A DNA stretch of 64,000 nucleotides, taken from positions 10,664,001 to 10,728,000 of the forward strand of contig CM102286.1 of the NCBI GenBank assembly GCA_046563655.1, written 5' to 3'. The number at the start of each line of letters is the position of its first letter. Position 1 is the first letter of the stretch. A program made the position numbers and the translations under genes. Shown here in pieces: positions 50,791 to 62,630 of this stretch. The notes below the pieces were generated by a model. The model saw only the letters and a list, made by a program, of their open reading frames with translations, did no database searches and was not told where the DNA came from. The stretch is from Yuukianura sp. NJ FZ-2021 (taxonomy: Eukaryota).

Positions 50791-52340
50791 TTAAGTAGCG
50801 AAAGGAAGCTAGAGAACCCGGAAATTGTGCACTTCCGGTCAAACCGGAGCCGTATTAATCACCTCCAGGCTAAGTTAAACTGATTTTCGAGGAGAGATTG
50901 CAAATCGGTCCAGCGGTTTCGGAGGTATAGTTAGTTATAGTGCAGACAGACAGTCGCACAGACAGACACACTCGGGAGAAACCATAAAGTAGGTCATACT
51001 GTCCCGAGTTGGACGAGAGACGCCATTTTGCAACTTCTATCGTATGTAGCTCTGGAACCGTAGCTCAAACGTCAAGGTCACCTTTACGAAAATTGCTCAC
51101 CACAATAAGATAAACAAATTTTGGTCATTTTTTCGATTTCCGTCAAAAATGTATTTGCTGGAGCGCTTGCAGGGTTTCTGAGTCGTCTCAGGCAATTTCC
51201 TATGTTCCCTATGTTAATTTTAGTCTTTTAAGAAGTAAGGTTAACTTAGGCTCTCATTTGTTTACACGTGTCAGTTTCTTTAGTTTCAATCTACATTTTG
51301 TGTCTTTTCCTAGAAACTGTCATTTCAACTGGGGTGGATTTACAACCCAACCCAAACTGTCTTTTCCTTACTGTGACCAGGTCAGCCCTTGAGGTCGACC
51401 TCTACTCTATAAATTCCCTTCCTCTGCCATTCTCGGCAGGACAGCCTTTCATTAGTCTTCTCTCTTTCAACTAGTCACTGTCTTCATGTGTCCATCGTCT
51501 TCTACAGAGGCGGTTCTTTAGTCCGTTGACCTCTGCGGAGTCAACTGTCTTGTGTCCGTCGTTGCTCTACTATAGAGACGACTCTAACCTCTCCTTTGTG
51601 TGTGGTATCCTCTACTATTGTCTATCTTTAACAGAAATCAGTTCATTGTTTCAATAAACCAGTAAAACCAGCAGCCATCTACTTGGGGTCACAGCAAGGG
51701 TCAAAGGCATTCATTGGTGTACAGTGGGTATGATACAATACAACAGTGTTCGGGTCGACCCTGTTGTGTTTCTCTTAGTTTCCCGTCCATTCAAGAACCC
51801 TGGGTGTTTACAGTCCGCCCAGCACAGAACAAGAGCAAACTGCTCTTCAGTATTTGACCTTGACCTTTGACCCAGACCTGGACAACTTCCGATCAAGGTG
51901 GATACCGATTAGACACGCCTCGAACATGGGAAGCGCAACTATGAAGACAGATTCAAAATCGGCCCAGTGGTCCTGGAGTTATAGATGCGCGTAGTATGAG
52001 CCACGCCATTTTGCAACTTCTAAGGTCTATATCTCCAGAACTCCAGGTCACAGGTCAAGGTCACCTATACAAAAGTTGTTCGTCTAGATCAGATGAACAA
52101 CTATTGTAGGGGTCATTTTCCCGATTTCCGACAAAAATGTACTTGACCTTGACCTTTGATCCTTAAGGGGTCTACTCCGGTCAAACCAGACATCGATTGT
52201 TCACCCCCAGACCATGTCAAGTTCATCTGTAGGACAGATTGAAAATCTGCCCAGCGGTTGCAGACCTAGCTTGACCAGCAGACGGACAGACAGACAGACT
52301 CGGGGAAAAAGATAAAGTAGCTCATACTTTCGCTACTTAA
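50791..52340. mobile_element. Composite Helentron/DINE-like element with short terminal inverted repeats
   Basis: TTAAGTAGCGAAAG ... CTTTCGCTACTTAA ends; duplicated internal blocks (AAATCGG.CCAG.GGTT, ACAGACAGAC, CGCCATTTTGCAACTTCTA, GACCTTGACCTTTGA); related fragments at 46185-46320, ~12790-12930, ~34760 and ~63620. Confidence 0.6.
51156..51849 (+). mobile_element. Solo LTR (694 bp)
   Basis: TG...CA termini; 5-bp TSD GTATT (51151-51155, 51850-51854) splitting the host motif AAAAATGTATTTGACCTTGACC; TATAAA 51408-51413; AATAAA 51653-51658. Confidence 0.7.
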
Positions 52341-52435
52341 TAATTTGATTACTCATTGTCGTCCCTTTACTATTGGTTGCTCACTCAATGCAATTTAGTT
52401 TATTTCACATTGGCAATTATTGGATAATACACGTA

Positions 52436-52836
52436 TTACTCCTGGCAACCTAACCTGGCGAAAACAGTGGAGTTTTTCTACCGAGCAATTAGCTAAAAAA
52501 TCAACGGTTTTGCAAAAATCTCACATCGCCCCAACACCATTCCAAATTCTGTGAACAATAAAAGAAGGTAAATAACTAAAACCCTATAAAATGTTTAAAA
52601 TGAATTTAAAGATGAATTTTAAAAAAGCATCAAGCGTGCATAATTGACTTTTCAGTTTTTTAAAATGTCATTTCTTAAATTAATTTGAAACATTTTATAC
52701 GTTGGTAATTATATTGTTCACAGAATTTGGAAAGGTGTTGGGGCGATGTGAGATTTTTGCAAAAACGTTGATTTTTTCGCTAATTGCTCGGTAGAAAAAC
52801 TCCACTGTTTTCGCCAGGTTAGGTTGCCAGGAGTAG
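52436..52836. mobile_element. ~400-bp foldback MITE with TA TSD (Tc1/mariner-like)
   Basis: ~125-bp near-perfect TIR TACTCCTGGCAACCTAACCTGGCGAAAACAGTGGAG...; TA on both sides. Confidence 0.9.
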
Positions 52837-53184
52837 TACGAACGCGTTGTTTTATTTATTGTGCTGGGTAAAATGCCATGATTTGCAGTAGCGTAACTTA
52901 CTAGTAAATATTAATACATATGAATGTATTTTGGGAATGGGAACGGAAATGTTATTCGAACCTCTTAAGAAAACTACACAAAATTACACAGAAAGAAATC
53001 GTAACTTACAGTTTATGCTGACACAAAATAACATTTAGAATTATATGATGGGAAAGAAGTGTAGTTATTTCACATAAGTATAATAATGCAACCGGAGTTG
53101 TTTGTAGCAGAAACAAATACAAATTACACTCAGTGGCCCATTGCAATGACCTGCTGGGATCCTCGATCTCCCCTACAGTTCATA

Positions 53185-53532
53185 TTAGTAGACATGTACC
53201 ATTCCATAGGCGAATGTCCAGCAAAGTATGTATGTGAATAAAGACCCAAAGAAACCGTTGGTCAAAAGTGAACGGCGAGATGTGAAGTAGCTTCCATAAT
53301 TAGTTCCAGCCTTTGCAATCAGGATTAACCAGAGACCAATGATGGCAACGAAGTAGAATCCAAATCCGTACAGGTTCGTCAGCCCTAGGATTCCAGCACC
53401 CATGCCAGAAAACACGGCTGTACATGTTCTGCAGTATTCGACTACTGCCGCATTATACCGGATTGCGCCTTCATTGTAAACTCGAATCTCCATTCCAGAC
53501 TTCTCCAGCTTATAATTCCTCTGCCGCTGCAT
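53185..53532 (-). CDS. EMC6: ER membrane protein complex subunit 6
   Basis: [46 protein letters not shown] is the EMC6 signature; ATG at 53532 follows a 5'UTR intron acceptor at ~53549. Confidence 0.95.
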   Translation of the reverse strand: MQRQRNYKLEKSGMEIRVYNEGAIRYNAAVVEYCRTCTAVFSGMGAGILGLTNLYGFGFYFVAIIGLWLILIAKAGTNYGSYFTSRRSLLTNGFFGSLFTYILCWTFAYGMVHVY

Positions 53533-54765
53533 GTTACCGTGCTGTATTCTGAAACATGAGAAACAAAACAAATTGTCATTATTTAGTTTTTCAGTTTCCT
53601 TTTTGTTTTCCCATTCACTGCTGATTTCTGACCTTATAAAACAAACTCCCTCCTAACCGTCCGCTTTGATTCTCAGAATTTTGTAGCGTACTTACTTCTC
53701 TTTTCTTTCAACGAAAGGTAAGAACAATTTAACAATTTAATGAAGCAAAACGGAGAAAGTCGACTTAACTCCTCACGAATCAACTGTTTATCAGATTTAC
53801 TGTCTGCAGCCGGAATTTCTAATTGAAGTGCGCAAGAATTGCATCAATTGTGACCAGTGCATTGTAGTTCGGCATCCGCACTTTACTGTGGTAAGCGTTT
53901 GTAAACAGAAACACTTGTGGTTATAATTAAGTTATTAGTATTTAAAATCAACCTATCCGGTATTGGATACATTATAAATTGTACAGATAAACTGAAGCCA
54001 TTGCGTAATTAAACTAGATGATTGATTACCGAGTTGGCAATGGCAATTGACATAACTTGGCTATGGTTACACAGTATGAGGTTTTTACCGTCAACCACTT
54101 TTCTATTTGAAGACTACGATCGAACTAACTAAGGCTAAAGTACCGTCATTTCATTTCCAACATAGTGTAGCCACTCCGGCCATATTTTGTGGCTACAATA
54201 TGTGGCCACTTCCGTAGCCACTTGAAGCCAACCAATCTTGCATTATATCGGGAACATAAGCTAACGTGTTGCGTTGCACCTACCCTCCTACCCATTGTAT
54301 GTTATGTGAGCTGGAAAGTGGCTTTACCATGAGGAAATGTTTCCGCGTTCAACCTTTGCCTTACCTCAACCGGACTTTGTTTAAAATGATTTCGCGCTAA
54401 CTTCATTCGCCGCCGAGAATGTTTCATCTTGTACGTTTACTATCTTGCAACTTCGCTAATTCATGCTTACCAGGCCCAGATGACAGGTCTGAATTGTTAA
54501 TCATCTAATTCTGTGAATGAATAAAATTCAATAATAAGATAGAATTATTTCGATGGTTTATCATTATTAGCGACGAGACAAATATAGTAATTTGCTCCAG
54601 CGCAGCGACGCGACTGAGGAAGAGGTGCCCTCTGTTTTTGTAGAGCATGACTACCATACACTACTCCCCTCTTTCGCTCCGCCTATACCCGACTCATGCA
54701 TGCTCAATAAGCTTTCTCGGCAACAGCACCACACCGCACCGCATGCAGAAGCAACTGTTCAACAA

Positions 54766-54773
54766 CTCTTTTT
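54766..54773 (+). promoter_or_regulatory. TCT / 5'TOP polypyrimidine initiator of RpS4
   Basis: CTCTTTTT ~97 nt upstream of the RpS4 ATG, typical of ribosomal protein genes. Confidence 0.6.
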
Positions 54774-54862
54774 GTGTGTGCTGGTTTTTAGGCTATTCTG
54801 TCATCCTGTAATTAATTGAAGATCCAACGTTCAATTAATTAGTGACTGGCTAAGTTTTAATC

Positions 54863-56495
54863 ATGGTAAGTCAAAATATAACATCCTTATTCGTTTAGTT
54901 AGAATATGTCATAACTTCGGTTCCTAACCTAACCAGTTTAATTTAACCGTCTTCTTGCTCCTTCGAAGGAGATGATAAGAAGTAACCGATTTTCTAAAAT
55001 TTTGAACGTTGTTTAGGCTCGTGGTCCGAAGAAACATCTGAAGCGGCTTAACGCCCCGAAGGCATGGATGCTGGATAAATTGGGTGGTGTTTATGCTCCA
55101 AGACCAAGTACTGGACCGCACAAACTGCGGGAATCCCTTCCTTTGGTCATATTCCTCCGTAACCGATTGAAGTATGCTTTGACCAAGGCGGAAGTGACAA
55201 AGATCGTCATGCAACGCCTCATCAAGGTTGACGGAAAAGTACGAACTGATCCAACATTTCCAACTGGTTTCATGGGTAAGTTGAACTATCCATTTTTTTT
55301 AAATAAGGTTTATTATTATTGCGTGATGACAACCATTTATTTCTTCTTTCCCCATCTGAACACAGTGATGAGTTCTTATAACTAATACTGAGACATTCTT
55401 GCATATCCTAAAATCCACAACTTTCAGATTTCAATCCCACTAATGATAAGTATGTTGTTTGTTTTTCTGTCACAGATGTTGTCCAAATCGAGAAGACCAA
55501 CGAGAATTTCCGCCTCATTTATGATGTGAAAGGACGTTTCACCATTCACAGAATTACACCAGAAGAAGCGAAGGTACATATAACTCCAGATTTCGATTTC
55601 AATCAACTAAACCTTGGCAACACTTATGATGTTAAAAATTCAGGCATAATCCAATGATAGACATGATTATTTGAAAGAAACTGAAAACCGTTTGAAGTAT
55701 AAGCTTCAATAAATCGTTTGACGTGCAAGAAGTCTAAACTCTTCTCGTTTACTATTTTCAGTACAAGCTCTGCAAGGTGAAGCGTGTTCAGGTCGGTCCC
55801 AAGGGTGTTCCATTTTTGGTAACAAATGATGGGCGGACGATCCGGTACCCTGACCCATTGATCAAAGTTCACGACACCATCCAAGTTGATATTGCGAGCG
55901 GAAAGATCATGGACTTCATCAAATTCGATTCAGGTAAGCGGGTTTCCTTTTTCTTAATCTTGAACTTGCTATTTTTAGTTTCTAATGCTGACTTTCAAAT
56001 ATTCCACAGGTAACTTGTGTATGATTACTGGTGGTCGTAACTTGGGACGTGTTGGATCTGTAGTCAGCCGAGAACGTCATCCGGGATCCTTTGATATCGT
56101 TCACGTCAAGGACTCCGTTGGCCATGTATTTGCTACGAGGTGAGTTTTAGAATCTTTTTGCATTGCCTGTCAGCCCCTATCGAAGTCCGACTGTTCATTT
56201 TCATTAGTCAGTCGGGTCATAATGAGGGCAAAAGAAAATCCCTCTCACGGTCGCACCCTTTGTTAGATTTGTGCATTTGGTGCATTACCAAGGGAGTAGA
56301 CAATTATAATCAAACGAGTTAAGTCAAGTCTTGGACTAAATATTTAATTGACTTCTATCTAGGTTGAACTACGTATTCATTATCGGAAAAGGAACGAAGC
56401 CGTACGTCTCTCTGCCCAAAGGAAAGGGAGTCAAACTTTCAATCGCAGATGAGAGAAATAAGCGAATCGCAGCGAAGGTGGCCGCCGGAAACTAA
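54863..56495 (+). CDS. RpS4: 40S ribosomal protein S4 (eS4)
   Basis: Exons 54863-54865, 55017-55275, 55476-55573, 55762-55933, 56010-56139 and 56363-56495; [44 protein letters not shown]. Confidence 0.98.
55323..55391 (+). ncRNA. Intronic box C/D snoRNA
   Basis: C GTGATGA 55323, D' CTGA 55356, C' GTGATGA 55365, D CTGA 55388; TCTTCTTTCCCC is complementary to conserved LSU rRNA GGGGAAAGAAGA. Confidence 0.85.
55626..55684 (+). ncRNA. Intronic box C/D snoRNA, probably dual guide
   Basis: C ATGATGT, D' ATGA 55654, C' ATGATTA, D CTGA 55681; TTCAGGCATAATCC is complementary to LSU GGAUUAUGCCUGAA and ATTTGAAAGA to SSU UCUUUCAAAU (rRNA sequences recalled from memory). Confidence 0.75.
56170..56305 (+). 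ncRNA. Intronic box H/ACA snoRNA
   Basis: Hairpin GCCC..CCGACTG/CAGTCGG..GGGC, H box AAAGAA, hairpin TCCCT..GCACC/GGTGC..AGGGA, ACA at 56300-56302. Confidence 0.85.
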
Positions 56496-57033
56496 GTTTA
56501 GAATTGAATTTTTAATTCATTTGGAGTTGTATAAAATAAAACCCTAAACAAAAAAGTTTTCGTAACTTCCGTGCTACCTTTACCTTCTATGAAACATTAT
56601 TCCTAGCCTTGCAATTTGACAAGGACTACTGACACTGTTTTAGATTGATACCATGATTTTATTCAATATTAGAACGAGAGATGTGATGTGATACATGATA
56701 AATTGTCAAACTAACATAATGACTTGAATGATTTAAACTCCTTAATTACTATGTATAATTAAAACGGAAAGTGAAGTGTGACTATCCGTATTATAACACA
56801 CATGCAGCAGGCGTGGATTAGGGTTTTCTAAACTACCAAATTAAATACAATTTAAAATTGAATGAAACTTATTTAGCCATACTCGTTAAAACTATTCCCA
56901 GCGAACCTGGTGCGCACTTGATTGCTCACTCACTTCAATTTCTTTTCTAATTCCTTAATTCTGACAGACAGGCTTATTAAAAGGTAGGGAGACGATGAAC
57001 TAGTAGATAATAAAATGGATATTAATTGTCCAT

Positions 57034-58301
57034 TTAAACATCGACGACCATTTTCTTGTGGATATCCGTATTGCCCACAACACTGCAGAATTCCTGGAAG
57101 GAGATCTTCCCGTCTTCATCTTTATCAGCAAATAGAATGGTCTTATCCACGATTTGCTGAAGTTGAGTATCCTTCAGATTGTTCCCCACCATCATTTTTA
57201 AGACCTGCAAACAACCATACAAGTCTCATTTAAATAATACCCGGATCAGGCAGTGGCAGTAATGTGGAATGTTCCATGCATCAAATACAACTGAAACTGC
57301 TTATCAAGTTAAGTTTAGTCAAATATTCTGAACATATAGTTTGTTGATTTAGTTTAGTAGTGCCACTGATACTAATAGTACTAATATAACCTGAAACAGC
57401 TCTCCATTCGAAATATAACCGTCATTGTCCATATCGTAGATTCGAAACGCGAATCTTAATTTCGATTCTTTGTCACCCTTCACGCTAAACTGTGAAACTC
57501 CTTGAATAAATTCTGAAAATAAAATACGGGGAAAAACATAAGTCATTAGACGTTCGCCACGTCTCTGAATAGTTTTTTAAATTTGATATAAGCAAACCTT
57601 TGAAATCCACTTCTCCGTTTCCATCAGCGTCAAATATATCAATTACACGTTGGACTAGAGGATTCTGTTGCAGCTCTGGGAGACTCATAAATTCGTCGAT
57701 TGAAAGAGAGCCGGAATTGTCTAAGTCCAATTTCTTGAAGCGCTTTCCTAGACGTTTGATCTCCTCCGGATCAACTGCAACACAATGAAGCACAACAATG
57801 TTATGAGTATGACAATCAACTGTAACACGCACGCCGGATAACTACTACGTTATAAACAAATACAGTTTTAGTGGAATCTTATTTACAGAGCGATTTCTTA
57901 CAGTGTGAACACATCTCAGACGACAGCGAAACTTCGTTACCCTAGAAAATGGTTTTAAAGAAATCAATTTTAGTCTTTACTAATCGAGATAACGTAGTCG
58001 GTACCGCCGTCGAATTGGGTATGAACCAATGGAAAATGAATCAAAATAACCAAATGTTTCGGAATACAATGACCTGGCGTAGACATAATCGATAGATTTT
58101 CATTTGAAGTTAACCTAACCAGCAATACAGCAAATTCGCTAAGCTTGTTCAATTGGTGAAAGCTTGAAAATAATTTGCGCCATAATTATTACAAGACTTT
58201 GCCAACGTCCACTGCACATGCAAAGCACTACTTTGTTTCATTCCCTTCCCGAGCCGACTACCAACATGGCGCGAGAATGAGAAAAACGTTGTACTCACCA
58301 T
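57034..58301 (-). CDS. CanB: Calcineurin subunit B (PPP3R1-like)
   Basis: ATG 58299-58301, exons 57902-57941, ~57598-57775, ~57391-57512 and 57034-57203; [29 protein letters not shown]..four EF hands..IHKKMVVDV. Confidence 0.97.
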
Positions 58302-59541
58302 GGTCACTGTTTATTGAAGCGACTGAAATTTACTGGATGGTGGTAGGCAATCAGTTACTGGTATATTTCTGTAGGTTAATCCAAACCGGAAGAAATTCTC
58401 ACACGATTGCCTGAAACAAATAGAACACAATAAGTTCCTATTAATTTAAAACTGTGCCAGCGCCACGCGAAAATGACGGGTCCAGTACTATAAATAAAAT
58501 TTAAAAATTTTGCTTAGTTATACCATAAATGATGCTACAATCCAAAAGTACCTTGATTTTGAAGTTACGAAACGATATGCAATGAAATGGTAGGCTAGGC
58601 TAACTTAACTAGTAGAGAGAGTAGTATATACTGAGACTATATTTCAAGTTGTGTAACTTTAGCAGTGTAAAAAGTTTATTAAAGTAAGAGTGAAGCGAAG
58701 GTATTAAAAAGTAATTAATGATTTGGGGCTACTAAAAGCCCTACTCACACGGAATCCGATTCCCAGCGTCAATAATCGGCGTGACGTCTGTTCGGAGAGG
58801 TAGTCCCACTACTGCGATCTGGAATACACTGTATCCGATTTAACGATAAGATCTCCGGATCTCACGAACGAGTCACGCTCACGACCTAATTCCGAATTCC
58901 TCAACTAGGAAAACTGAACAGTAAAAATTGAATTTACAAAAGATGTAAATGACTCTCAATTAAATGTTAATTTATAATTGAAAACACGAAAAACTTATGT
59001 TTATTGATCGAGTGGATCAAATCCTATCCTATCAATCAATTTTAAATTCGAGGATTTTAAATTAAATCTCCTCTCATCTCATCTCACTAGTAATCTAGAA
59101 CAGAGACAACTTCGGTCGACGTAAACTCTACCTCAGTAGGTTGTACCCATATTGCTATTGTATCAATTCAGTAAGTTTTTTCATAAAATGAAGGTCATTT
59201 CCTTGTAAAAGAAAAAACAATTAACCTTTTGACCTTTGGTTTTGTAGAGTCAGAATTTATGCTATCATCGTGGATGCGACAGAAAATTTTTCCTTTTATA
59301 CTACGATATTTTCTCGCGGATAATACGAATATGATCTGTGATTCTTTAGAGAATTTGGAATGAAGAAAAATTTTATTCTTATTTTTTTAACAGGCGAAGG
59401 TCAGTGACCTCCTCATCTTTAGAAACAATGACTGAGAGCCTGTGGTTGGGCTTAAAGTTAGAGAGTAAACGACTTTTTAACTTATTTTAAATTAATTTTG
59501 TACAACCAAACCTAAACTTATTAAATTAATCATAAATTCTT

Positions 59542-61128
59542 TCATTTTAAGAAGCAACAGCACGACCGTCGACAGCGATTCTCCTCTGGTATAGTCAGCA
59601 GAACTGACCTTACTCCAATGATGCCCACTCCCGTTAGAACTATCGTAGCCCCAAACAAACTGCAAATCAGTGAGAAACGAATTAAACTGAAATCAGTTCA
59701 AGGTCAAATGTCAAAACCTACCTGAACTTATCAGGAATGTCCCTGAGAAAAATGTACTGAAGTACGAAACTGAAGACAACGTCCATCATTCGGGTCAAAT
59801 TGACTGTTCCAGCTTCTTCGTATTTGAGAGCTGCCAGTGTACACAAGGTAGCCAAGAAGGATAGGATGCCCATACCCAGGATCCAGGCCAAGTTCCAGTC
59901 GATGTCAGGTACCATAAAAGTCTGCATGACTCCAGTCACGATGGCACACTCAATGACCCCCAATCCCCCGCCAACGAAAAGTATCACACTGAAATGGACT
60001 TTACGCAACTTCCGAATTGCAATGAGGTAGGCAGAGGCGAGTATCGACGTCACAAGGGCCATTGATACTCCAATCTATTCAGAAGAGTTGAGCAAAATAA
60101 TGCCTTGAAAAATTTGTGAGGTTTTGATTGTGTCAAAGGTCACAGAAACGAACTTTACCAACAACTGAATGTTATACGCGTCTTCACCCGTGAGAAACGG
60201 AGGTCTTGTGAGTAGAAAAATTCCAAAGAGAATGAAACAAGCTGCGAAAAAGAGTAAAGTTTACATTTTGAAAAAGTTTTATGAATAATGCATTAATTTT
60301 GAAATTATTTAAGAAGTTGTAAATTTTAAATGGTTTCTTACAAACTGGAATTGTAATAAATTCACATTTTTCATAAAGGTAAAAATGGCCGAAGCCAATC
60401 GTAAATAACGATCCGCTGAATGCAATTATCGTCGCATCACCAACTTGTAAATATTTTAGTACCACAAACTGGAGCAACAAAACTGTCGCGCCACACAAAC
60501 AAGTGATCTATTTGTCAAAAAAAATCAAATTGAAAAAAATTAAGACTACAAACAAGTTTTTTTTTGAACAATTTGGAATGATTTTTACCATAATTCCAGT
60601 TACTATTCCAGCCTTCCTGCTGAAGTTGACCCTCAGAACTTCGTTTTTCCAGTCAAACACTTTGACCTTTAGGCAAAACCTAAAGTAGAGCAGGATCGGA
60701 ATACTCATAAGGAAGTGCATTCCGAATTGCCAAAATGCCAAGGTCACCGGGTGATATTTTGGAATCAACTTTTTGACAATGATGAAAGTCAAGGTAAAGA
60801 GAAACCCAGAGGCAATGGCCAGTGGAATTCCGACGTAGCGTTTCCAGCCTTTTTTGGCCGTTGCTAGGCGACGCTGTTGGTGACTGGGAGAGAGGATGGA
60901 CGTTGACATGGGACGCAACGTTCTGGGAGTAAGTTGAGCCTTGTTAGTGTCCTTGCCCCTCCCAGTGCCATTTCCAACACTGCCAGTGCTCACTTCATCG
61001 CAATTGCCCGGAGGGGTTTGAAGAAGCGTCGAACCGCCCACGAGATCGGAAAATTCTTGAGATCTGCGCAGAAACAAGGTCAGTTCCTGTGGATCTACAA
61101 TCACTTGGCTGGACGGTCGAGACTTCAT
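59542..61128 (-). CDS. SLC35G1-like EamA/DMT membrane transporter
   Basis: GIPLAIASGFLFTLTFIIVK, LKYLQVGDATIIAFS, ALKYEEAGTVNLTRMMDVVFSFVLQYIFLRDIPD, LFGATIVLTGV; multi-exon. Confidence 0.85.
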
Positions 61129-61999
61129 TTCCACGCGTAGGTCAATGCCCACAACGGTTCGCGTGGGAAATTTGTTATTTACAGTCAATAGTCACCTTGT
61201 CATGTCACAGTTTCTGAAATCTTCTAAGTGAACATGTATTTGAACACAGCAGCCTTCGCTTGTTCCAGCGAACTCGGTGGAAGAATTAATAGGTTATTAT
61301 GAGAGTCTATTTGCAGACGTTTTATGAAGCCAATTGATGCTTTGGAGGTCACAACATGTTTTGCAGTTAACGTTTTAGTGTGGTACGTTTCCTGTTAAGT
61401 TGTGGAATGGGCGGATCGATTACTAATTGAGATGGAACCAATTGTACGTGTAACCTACTAATATTGCTTATCCACTGGAGATGAGTTTCAAATGATAAAG
61501 ACAGAATTGAGGAAATAATACATGATGTGTGTAAACAGTCATTTTCAATCACTTCACAATATTCCATTGTTTAGCAAAAATGTAAAAAAAAAAAATTACA
61601 ACAGTAAAAATTCTGCGGCACGGCACTATTTTCTAAGCGTCTCCTTCATTCATTTCCAAAATGCGTCGCAAATCCTCAAATTGAATTTGAAACCATCAAA
61701 AGTTGTGATGGAATTTGCAGTCAAAATTCAAAAAGTGTTTGTTTTCTTAATTTGCAGTATTGAAAGTAAAAGATGGTTACTTCGAACTTTTGGAGTTTGT
61801 ATATTGTGTATTGCACTCATTTTGGATTGTGTATTACAAGTTAAAAGAATATTGCACAATGTCAAAAGCCATTAGATTAGTAAATTTTCATAACTCTTAA
61901 GTTTCAGACATAAATTAAAGTAAATTAAGTTCCTACTTTTTCTTTTTTCGTTGTTATTTTTTTCTCCAGATTTCTTTATAATGGACTTTTTGTTAGTGT

Positions 62000-62630
62000 T
62001 TAGTAGTACTCCTTCAAGCGTCTGCGTGCCTTTAAGTCCTTGTTGCGTTCTTTGAGCCAACATAGGTAGCTGGAAATGACGAAGATGAAGTAAATTATGA
62101 TCAAAATGGCTAACACCACCAATGGCACCAAAATCAACGTTTTTTGCCAGGGCCATTCCAGGGCGAAGGGCACTGCAATCCATGACCCATGTAAAACCAC
62201 GTCAGAAAATGCTAGTAGCAGCCACCACCATACTCCGCGCTGAGTTTCCTAAAAAAAAGTACAAAGATAAAATAACTTAAATTACAATTTTTGTCGTATT
62301 TTTAATTTCATGAAGAATAACTCACTTCCCAAGTGGAGTAGAGAAGAAAAAACGACGGAATTAAGTGGATGACTCTGATGGAAATGGAAACAATCAGCAT
62401 GATTCTGTAAACTGCAACAAAAGAAACAGGAAGTTAAGCTCATTTAGTTAGTTAATTAACACCAATTTTCCACTAATTACGATAATTAGGTAAAAACCAA
62501 ACTTTGTGTCATTTTTCAATTTACTTTGAATTGGTAGTAGAGGCTCGGTCTCACGCCGAAGCCATTCAAGGTGTGGGATATGTAGGAGAAGAGTTAACAA
62601 CAGGGCGGCCGCTGCCAGCAAATCGTAGAC
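62000..62630 (-). CDS. Small multi-pass membrane protein (LAPTM/tetraspan-like topology); 5' end uncertain
   Basis: Hydrophobic exons ~62525-62630, ~62326-62411 and 62000-62248 with GT-AG junctions; basic C-terminal tail. Confidence 0.6.
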
